From Octopus bimaculoides (lineage: Eukaryota): a stretch of 33,787 bases of DNA. The notes below the pieces were generated by a model, which was not told the DNA's origin, ran no database searches, and saw only the letters and a list, made by a program, of their open reading frames with translations. The stretch is taken from NCBI RefSeq assembly GCF_001194135.2, contig NC_068985.1:66725513-66759299 (forward strand), in the 5' to 3' direction. The position numbers were made by a program, and so were the translations under genes. Shown here piece by piece: positions 24,877 through 33,787 of the stretch (position 1 is its first letter; each line of letters starts with the position of its first letter).

Positions 24877-26105
24877 TATGAGGCTGGGTTGAAGGATCGA
24901 TGCTAGATCTATGAAATCTTCCATGAATTCATTCCAACTCTACTTATTAATAACTGGATTGTTTCTTTCCAGGTAAATTGAAATCTCACTCTTCAGAAAA
25001 AAACTTCAAATGGAATTAGTAACGACGTCTCACGAAAATCGACAACATTAGGTATCGTGATTTCATCAAGTACCCGCAGAAAAAAGTGTTTGACGCCCAA
25101 CGGCAGTTATGCTGGCATGGATGTGATATTAGGAAATTAGGCCCCAGCTTTAGTAACAGTGCAAAAGTGGCCAGCTAAATTGAGGTGAGGAAAGGAGAGT
25201 CTTAAAGATGACCCAAAGACTAGACGCCCTGCAACTACCACCACTGAGGAAAACATTGATCGTGTTCACCATATGGGGAGGGGTGACGGGTGACTGATTA
25301 TAAATCAAATAGCCTGTTCTATTAGCATGTCCCGTGAATTTGGTATGGCGAAGGATTCTGCTACGTGGGTGCATGGTCATCTGACACACAATCAAGAGCG
25401 TACCAGGCTGATCACTACATTGCTTGAGGAAGTTACAGATGGCCTTCTTCAAGGTTTCTTAATCTATGATGAGTGTTGGCTCTATGACTGTGAGCCAGAG
25501 AGAAAGAAACAATCCACGCAGTGGAAGCACCCATCTCACCTGCTCCAAAGATGGTCAAGAGAGTTTCATCTGCAGGATAGGTGATATCCTCAGTTTTCTG
25601 GGATGCAGAAGATATTTTCATCTTTAAAAGGGACAAAACATCATTGGAGAGTACTATACTAAGTTGGTGAGACAGATCCGAAAGTTTGGGAAGCTCAAAC
25701 TCCCAGGAACACTGACGAAAGGGGTTTTGTATCATCATGGCATTGCACCAATACAAAATATTTGGGTTTCAATGTACTGACTGGGGCTTTGAACTGGTTG
25801 ATTATCCTCTGTATTTACTTGATTCATCTGATTATCATCTGTTCCCCAACATGAAAAAGCACACGGCTGGGAGTCAGTATCGTAGTGATGATGACGTCAT
25901 ATCTGCTGTTGATGACATCGTACCTGCAGTTCATGACTTGTTTGACTAACAGAATGAAAGATCCTTCATCACTGGGGTCCAATCCCTACTACATCGATGG
26001 AGGAAGAGTGTGGACCGCAAGACGGTTATGTTGAAATATAAACTTCAGTTGGTCTCATTCTATTAACGTATTTTGGTGAGCCTCTGAACTTGTCAGCCGA
26101 TTGTA
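24877..26105 (+). mobile_element. Second decayed mariner, a different family from 3884-5142
   Basis: Transposase remnants: TVQKW..ESLKDDPKTRRPATTTTEENIDRVHH, YDECWLYDCEPERKKQSTQWKHPS, SSDYHLFPNMKKH..YRSDDDVISAV. Degenerate TIR-like ends tatgaggctgggttgaag and gaacttgtcagccgattgta. About 1.23 kb. Confidence 0.9.
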
Positions 26106-26939
26106 TTATATGTAAAAGTAATAAACTCCTAAATAACTCACTGTAAGATTCGATTTAAATGTTTACACACTATTTGGAATTTGAATGTACATCGCCAATC
26201 ACGAAAAGTTTTCCACTGTTTTTGCTACAGAATATCATACCAATAAATATCCTGTGCCTTTGTGGAATTACACTGGCTATTCTCATCCTTTCATCATAGA
26301 AATTAATTTAAATTACGTATTTAAATAATTTTCTTTTGTAAAAAAGTGAAAAAAATTTCGTTACTCGAAAGTACGTCATCAAAAGTTTAAATATATGTGT
26401 TAGGTGTGGAGATAGCTTATCTAAAATGTTATGCCCACCACAGAATTTGATTTTCCAATATCATTATGAAAATTACATGTTTACAAATGAAATTTTGAAA
26501 GGATACGTGTTGGAAAGTGTAGACATCAATTATACTAAAAAATATGAATTTATATATACAATTTTCAAACAAGCATTTCAGATTATTCTATTACTTTCTT
26601 CACCCCGTTACACACTCCCAAAATTTTATTTTTACGTAAAATGTTTCAGAAATATGTTTCCTTCTGTTTAGATTGCGAAGCCGGGAAACAAGTAGAAAAT
26701 TTTATTTACATAAGTAAATAACTTTATAGGTGATAACAAACAACCACGTTATTTTACCAAAATAAAATATTTTGCAAGGCCAACTATCATCAGCGGAATA
26801 ACCTAGATTAACATATAAACACGAGGCATTACATGGAAACATGACATGTGCTTATATGTTTAATTTTTCAAAAATAACCGCGCATGTGCGGTTTTCCTTA
26901 TCGGCAGCAAATACAACCCCCCCCCCCGCATATGTGCAG

Positions 26940-26974
<35 letters not shown>

Positions 26975-27789
26975 NNNNNNNNNNNNNNNNNNNNNNNNNN
27001 NNNNNNNNNNNNNNNNNNNNNNNNNNNNNNNNNNNNNNNNNNNNNNNNNNNNNNNNNNNNNNNNNNNNNNNNNNNNNNNNNNNNNNNNNNNNNNNNNNNN
27101 NNNNNNNNNNNNNNNNNNNNNNNNNNNNNNNNNNNNNNNNNNNNNNNNNNNNNNNNNNNNNNNNNNNNNNNNNNNNNNNNNNNNNNNNNNNNNNNNNNNN
27201 NNNNNNNNNNNNNNNNNNNNNNNNNNNNNNNNNNNNNNNNNNNNNNNNNNNNNNNNNNNNNNNNNNNNNNNNNNNNNNNNNNNNNNNNNNNNNNNNNNNN
27301 NNNNNNNNNNNNNNNNNNNNNNNNNNNNNNNNNNNNNNNNNNNNNNNNNNNNNNNNNNNNNNNNNNNNNNNNNNNNNNNNNNNNNNNNNNNNNNNNNNNN
27401 NNNNNNNNNNNNNNNNNNNNNNNNNNNNNNNNNNNNNNNNNNNNNNNNNNNNNNNNNNNNNNNNNNNNNNNNNNNNNNNNNNNNNNNNNNNNNNNNNNNN
27501 NNNNNNNNNNNNNNNNNNNNNNNNNNNNNNNNNNNNNNNNNNNNNNNNNNNNNNNNNNNNNNNNNNNNNNNNNNNNNNNNNNNNNNNNNNNNNNNNNNNN
27601 NNNNNNNNNNNNNNNNNNNNNNNNNNNNNNNNNNNNNNNNNNNNNNNNNNNNNNNNNNNNNNNNNNNNNNNNNNNNNNNNNNNNNNNNNNNNNNNNNNNN
27701 NNNNNNNNNNNNNNNNNNNNNNNNNNNNNNNNNNNNNNNNNNNNNNNNNNNNNNNNNNNNNNNNNNNNNNNNNNNNNNNNNNNNNNNTA

Positions 27790-28130
27790 GTTGGAATTTA
27801 CAAGAAAACAACCCAAAACAAATGACGAAGATGTGTGTGTAAACAACAAACAGATGTATTAGTTTAACACTCGGGAGGTGAGGAAGTCTTTTACGTTTCG
27901 GGCCTACGCACTTCAACAGAAAAGAACACAGAAATAAGCAGAGAGAGTGTAGTGGCAAGCGATCAACCGTGGCGAATGCCAGACAGAGTTTATCAGACAG
28001 GAGAGCTAGGACAAAGGGGACATAAAAAGTATTGGTGATCCCAAAACGATGGTGCGCGTGCATGCGTATGTGAGAGCGTGTATGTTCATGTTGATAGGGA
28101 CTGGTGACCTTGAGGTATGTGCATGTGTGC
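27790..28130 (-). mobile_element. Probable PLE 3'-terminal repeat remnant containing the hammerhead-like motif
   Basis: Inferred from the motif. The short YLKVTSPY translation is weakly reminiscent of PLE endonuclease C-termini. Confidence 0.4.
27888..27924 (-). ncRNA. Minimal type I hammerhead-like motif with a non-canonical core
   Basis: Minus strand reads CTTTT-CTGTTGA-A-GTGC gtag GCCC-GAAA-CG-TA-AAAG. Stem I pairs, stem III is the palindromic ACGU type, position 6 is U instead of A, and stem II has one mismatch. Confidence 0.55.
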
Positions 28131-28198
28131 ATGTGTAGGTTTGTGTATGATTTTGTGGGTGCTGAGAAGTGGTCAGTGCTAGTGTGTACCGTGTGGTT

Positions 28199-28241
<43 letters not shown>

Positions 28242-28682
28242 CTATCAAAAACTTTGATTCAGACGCCTTGGTAGCCTGAGTTTTAAGCGTGTAGCTAGTC
28301 TTCGGCCATTGGGGTCTGAATGAGCGTTCGATTGAAGNNNNNNNNNNNNNNNNNNNNNNNNNNNNNNNNNNNNNNNNNNNNNNNNNNNNNNNNNNNNNNN
28401 NNNNNNNNNNNNNNNNNNNNNNNNNNNNNNNNNNNNNNNNNNNNNNNNNNNNNNNNNNNNNNNNNNNNNNNNNNNNNNNNNNNNNNNNNNNNNNNNNNNN
28501 NNNNNNNNNNNNNNNNNNNNNNNNNNNNNNNNNNNNNNNNNNNNNNNNNNNNNNNNNNNNNNNNNNNNNNNNNNNNNNNNNNNNNNNNNNNNNNNNNNNN
28601 NNNNNNNNNNNNNNNNNNNNNNNNNNNNNNNNNNNNNNNNNNNNNNNNNNNNNNNNNNNNNNNNNNNNNNNNNNNNNNNNNN

Positions 28683-28715
<33 letters not shown>

Positions 28716-29446
28716 TTAAATAAGAGGAAAGCAATTAATCAAAGCAGGACTATGCTATTCAAAATTTATATAGGTTAGTTTAATTTAAGAGAATTAATGC
28801 TAATGTAGTGTAGGGAGAATTCATATTTATAGTCTCTTACGGCTGTTTCTGAGATACTCTAGGTACTGGACCACAGTGTTGACCCATGTTTCTATATACT
28901 GACTATTCTTTCATTGGAGAAATATAAGAAATATAAGCAGGAAATTATAGGCTCAATTATAGACACATTTTATTGTTTAACTTAGTTTTTGATTCTCTTT
29001 CTTCTCTGTTATAAGCTCTAAGTTTATCTCTATTGAATTCTTCTTGTCTCTTCACGTGCCTGCCTAACTTTCTCCTCTCACAGAACCGAAGAATATTATT
29101 TATATTTGTTCTTGCACCAGGCTTTCTTTTTAATCTCTAGCTTCTCTCTCGATTATAACCTTCTTGCACATGACAGGATCTTACGCTCATGCACACGCAT
29201 ACAATTCTACAACCTACCACATTCCTCTCGCTTTGCCTTTTACCCTACGCTCGCGCCCACTCTCATCTTCTTCCTTCCACGCTTTTCTCATGTACTTTAT
29301 GGTCACACATAAAGTACAATCACACTACTTCATCATTCCATCTTAAACCCTCACAAAGGAATCCCATTCTTACATGGCTATTGCACGTTACATGATTGTT
29401 TCCTTAATCTTCTTATCTTAAACACGTTTTATCTTTCACGAAAGTT

Positions 29447-29481
29447 CTTTCGATAAAGAACTAGCATCCGAAACGTTAAAG
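29447..29481 (+). ncRNA. Highly degenerate minimal hammerhead-like remnant
   Basis: cttt-cgataa-agaactagcatcc-GAAA-CGT-TA-aag. The 3' half and stem I are recognisable; the CTGATGA core is broken. Confidence 0.35.
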
Positions 29482-29569
29482 CTCTTTCTCTCATATTGAG
29501 AGTAGTTAAACTTCCTTTGTCTTTTACTTTTTGTTTTGTGTTCATTAACATCACAATACATATAAACAT

Positions 29570-29662
29570 AACACATACATGCAAACATGCATGCCTACAT
29601 CATGCATGCATACATACATGCATACATGCATACATACATACACACATGCATACATACATGCA

Positions 29663-29693
<31 letters not shown>

Positions 29694-29800
29694 GAGCATG
29701 TATAGATATGCAAGTATATGCATGAGAAGACATACATAAAACAAAACATACAAATCTGCATGTATACATACATACATACATACATACAAACATACAAACA
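29570..29800. repeat. (CATA/CATG)n microsatellite tract
   Basis: Read directly. Confidence 0.9.
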
Positions 29801-29979
29801 TGCTCTGTTCTTGATTTCGAAATTCTAATGAAGGATCCTTGGATCTAGATTAGCAACCGGGTTTTTCTCTATTGGCAAGAAATCTTGAAAGAAAACTGAA
29901 TATTGGCATACATGTGTGTATGTATGTATGTATGTAAGTATGTATGTATTATACATGTATATGTTTGTATATACTCCTT

Positions 29980-30375
29980 TACTCTTTTACTTGTTTCAGT
30001 CTTTTGACTGTGGCCATGCTGGAGCACCGCCTTTAGTCGAGCAAATGGACCCCAGGACTTATTCTTTGGAAGCCTAGTACTTATTCTATCGGTCTATTTT
30101 GCCGAACCGTTAAGTTACGGGGACATAAACACACCAGCATCGGTTGTCAAGCGATGTTGGGGGGACAAACACAGACATACAAACACATACATACATATAT
30201 ATATACATATATACAACAGGCTTCTTTCAGCTTCCGTCTACTAAATCCACTCACAAGGCATTGGACGGCCCGAGGCTATAGTAGAAGACACTTGCCCAAG
30301 ATGCCACGCAGTGGGACTGAACCCGGGACCATGTGGCTGGTAAACAAGCTACTTACCACACGCCACTCCTACGCC
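29980..30375 (-). mobile_element. Near-full-length tRNA-derived SINE
   Basis: Minus-strand head ggcgtaggagtggcgtgtggtaag.. with an A-box-like segment and B-box-like GGTTCAGTCCC (30313-30323). Has an internal CA/TA tract and an A-rich tail. Homologous copies occur at 22243 and 30774. Confidence 0.85.
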
Positions 30376-30773
30376 TATATATATACATATTACTTTCAGA
30401 TTCATGATTAGTCTTCACATTTCAGGCATTACTATATTTGGTTGTGTCCAACTACACAAAGAACAAATAACCAAATATATAATCATGCACACATAAGATC
30501 TTAACCGATCGTAAGATATACTGTAGAGTGACATTTCCTACAGAATGTACTGGACATTATTTTTTCTGTGGGGAATATAGGATGAATTAAGAAGGCATAT
30601 ATTGTACAAATTCTGGGGATAGATTATATAGACCAAGACACACGTTCCTCGAATATTATCGGACATTTTGAAATTGCGAAAAGCTTTAAAATGTTCAGTG
30701 TCATGAACATTAGTTCAAAAAGTTATCGAATAACATAAGTAACATTGAGAATTTATTTTTACTTCTGTCTTTT

Positions 30774-31070
30774 CTTTTACTTGTTTTAGTCATTTGATTG
30801 CGGCCATGCTGGGGCGCCGCCTTGAAGAAATTTCACCCGAATCTATCAACAACAGTACTTGGTTTTTTAAAGCCTAGCTCTTAATCAATAGGATCTCTTT
30901 TGTTGAACCGCTGGGTTTCGGGAACGCAAACACACCAACACCGGTCGTCAGGTGGTGATGGGTAGAAGCTAAAGTAGAAGGCCCTTGCCCAAGTCGCCAT
31001 GCAGTGGAACTGAACCCAGAAACATGTGGTTGGGAAACAAGCTTCTTACTACACATCCACTTCTGCGCCT
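30774..31070 (-). mobile_element. Internally deleted copy of the same SINE family
   Basis: Same head (ggcgcagaagtggatgtgtagtaag..gggttcagttccactgcatggc) and tail (cagcatggccgcaatcaaatgact) as 29980-30375. Confidence 0.8.
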
Positions 31071-32789
31071 ATAAAAATGTTTTATGAAGGCAGATAAAGC
31101 AAGTAACATATACACTCAAAATTACTATACTATATAAACAATATTACATGTAGCTATACGAAACTTCACTAACACCAAATATAACTCTATAAATAATGGA
31201 GCCAAAATCACAGCTGGTACCTTAAAATAAAATCTATACAGCCAGATGCTTAGAATCTCTGGCACTCAAGATCCATTAATCATGTATCAAACTTTACAGC
31301 TTAACTATCAGGAATATTTCACTGCCAGATTCATTAATACAAACAAATCAATAGAGCATATTACCTTTATTAAATAACAGCATACATCTCTTCAATATCA
31401 TCACTTTGCAACACATATAATTCAGTTACAAGCTGCTTTACACTCTCCTCTCACAAATGATTATCTAATCATTCAATTCTCGATTGTCACATCAATTCCG
31501 AATCATTTATTATCGGCGGATTTAAACATTGTCGGTAGATACAACAAATAATACGTCATAGCTAAATTGACTCTCATCAAACGGAAGAACAAACAAATAT
31601 TACGTTCCTGTAACAATGTTAGCTAGATATTCAACATAAATTCAATGGGATGAAGTATTTAAAAAATATTCATAATATATATAGGCATGGTTGTGGAATC
31701 ACAATCTTTAAGATCTTGGATAAAGCTATCGTGGTAGATATTTCGGTACTTTACTCTCTGAGGTCTAATTTCATAGCAGACGACTTTACTGTAATCGTAA
31801 TATTTCCCATGAACCAAAATCGCATTGGTGATTTTCAAATGATTACGAATTCATGCATGAAATGACTGTAATCAATCCACGCAACTATACATTTTGAATA
31901 TCGAAAGGAGAATCAGACTTCACTCTAGTAAAATGCATATGTATAATGTATGTATGTATGGATGTATGTGCGTGTGTGTATGTGTGTGTGTATGTGTGTG
32001 TGTGTGCGTGTTTGTGTTTATGTATGTATGAGTGCGTGTGTTATGTATTTAAATCCTTAGTGTGCTAAACCTTGAAAAGCTAAACAGAAATGCTAGACCG
32101 ATGTCTCCATTTATACAAAACAACATAACTGCAGTAAAATGAAAGGAGCCACGCGTGTATTTATTTACCCATCTGTAAATTTCAGTACTCACTCCCACAT
32201 ATACACATGCATATACAAATAGTTGTGCATCTAAATATGAGTGTGTGTACACACGTGCGTGATGTGTTTCTATGCAAGTGTGTGATGTGTGTGTTGTGTG
32301 TTTGCATTTGTTTACGCCTATATGAAATCTATAATGTTTCTCTCAATGTGCACAACATATAATAATTAACGTAGAAATCCATATGCTCCGTAACAAGCGA
32401 AATAACTGACGAAAGGAAATTGTGTTATTTCACCAGTAATAAGCTTGCTGGCTATAATACGGATCCAGTTAAATTAGCTAGAGCTTAGATATGTATGTAG
32501 CGGTGGATATAGTCAGATAATACTGCTAACGATAATAACAATAAGCATTGAAAGAAAACAAGTGAACATTCAGAATTTACAGATCAAATAATTTAGCTCC
32601 AAAAGAGCGATTTACTACGTTTGTTTTTAAAAATTGATACATAAAATAGAAATAGCTTACCTAGCCGAGATATTAACTGAACTACCACATTTGCACAAAA
32701 CAAATATTTGTAAAATTCAACCGCATTGGTGATAATAATTCTTTCTACATTTTATCGAAATATCAGCTGTTTTGAGGAAACGGAGTAGT

Positions 32790-32885
32790 CATTGCCACCA
32801 GTTCTTGTCTCGTACTTTAATTTATCCATCAGGAAATCATGAAAGACAAAGTAGAGCACATCAGCATTGAAACTCAGAACGTACA
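32790..32885 (-). mobile_element. Very degenerate SINE body fragment
   Basis: catgaaagacaaagtagagc resembles the gatgaaagacaaagtcgacc motif of the 24335 copy. Confidence 0.35.
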
Positions 32886-33587
32886 TTGGACTATATATGC
32901 ATAAAAATACCATATTACAAATACACCGTTTATGCTATGGTCAATTTTTTCTCGGCATAATACACTACACAGCGATTTTTTTCAGCTTGAACTATTTTAT
33001 TTCGTTTCGCTCACCATTATTTGAATCCTGTCAAATGTAATATGGAAAACATTTTACTCATTAACAAATTTTCTTACGTAATTTTTCATCCATTTCGCCG
33101 TCATTACAATGCAGATATTATTTTGTATTTCAATGATTCATTTTTCAACGTTCGCCGTTTAACATTTACAGCCCATTACTTCTGTTATGATACGCATCCA
33201 ATTTTTACATTCAGTTTGCTTTACCGAAGATTACTCACGTATCTGAATGTTATTTTTATCAATCTTTTCTCACATTATCTCCTGAGCCCCATCCTGTGAT
33301 AGATATTTCCATATATTCCACCTTATTACTCTTATGTAGTTAGGTAAGCTTTTCAAAACTTTTCCTATAATTTGTCGAAGAAATATAAATATATCTCCAT
33401 TTTTCATCACTTTCTTCTCATTTTATTTTGTACACGACACGTCAGTTTTTGGTAGGAGTGTCTAAATTCACTTTATCTAATTCTCTTATCATCATTTACT
33501 CTTCATTGTAATTACCATAGTTTCTGAGAATTTTTTAACCCATCATTTTCCAACCATTTGAAACTACGCAAAAAATGTCCCTGATTG

Positions 33588-33588
<1 letters not shown>

Positions 33589-33666
<78 letters not shown>
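33589..33666. repeat. (ATT)26 microsatellite
   Basis: Read directly. Confidence 0.98.
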
Positions 33667-33787
33667 GTTCAGTAGTTTTATTTTTATAACGTGCTTTCAC
33701 TTCACTACCGAGCGCAGCTCTGTGCGCCTTGGGTATGTGCTGTGGTTTGCTGTGGTGCTCTTATGTTTACTGTATTGAAAGTGTTTT
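33589..33787 (-). mobile_element. 3' end of an RLE-type (R4/Dong-like) non-LTR retrotransposon: ORF end, 3' UTR and (AAT)n tail
   Basis: Minus strand reads KTLSIQ* at the window edge, then a ~100-nt UTR and (AAT)n. This matches the recalled ending of R4/Dong-type ORFs (..GTAHILRK.LS). Dong elements are known to target TAA repeats. Confidence 0.6.

Noticed and set aside
26877-26894. aaccgcgcatgtgcggtt hairpin near a C10 run
   Set aside because: Could be a transposon end, but no partner terminus is visible before the gap.
28230-28337. GC-richer segment considered as an rRNA or structural RNA fragment
   Set aside because: No conserved rRNA signature that I can recognise, and it is truncated by a gap.
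31200-31865. Possible very old LINE endonuclease remnant (IIGGFKH-like stretch) and a 71-aa ORF
   Set aside because: One weak motif only, with no supporting motifs in register.

Overview
AT-rich, microsatellite-dense eukaryotic DNA from a fragmented draft assembly with 11 N-gaps. The repeat families look like those of octopus genomes; this is an inference from recalled families, not a database result. I see no supportable host gene. The window is mostly decayed mobile DNA: two mariner copies, a CR1/L2-group LINE, two Penelope-like elements (PLEs) of different architecture plus a GIY-YIG fragment, several tRNA-type SINE copies, and the 3' end of an R4/Dong-like element. The most unusual structure is a fold-back array of a ~490-510 bp unit at 19.7-22.2 kb. 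It shows a reused breakpoint, a perfect templated hairpin, a Helitron-like terminus and a weak hammerhead-like core. Several minimal type I hammerhead ribozyme-like motifs are also scattered through the window; the best is at 8161-8252 on the minus strand. Most long ORFs in the supplied track are artefacts of N-runs and microsatellites.
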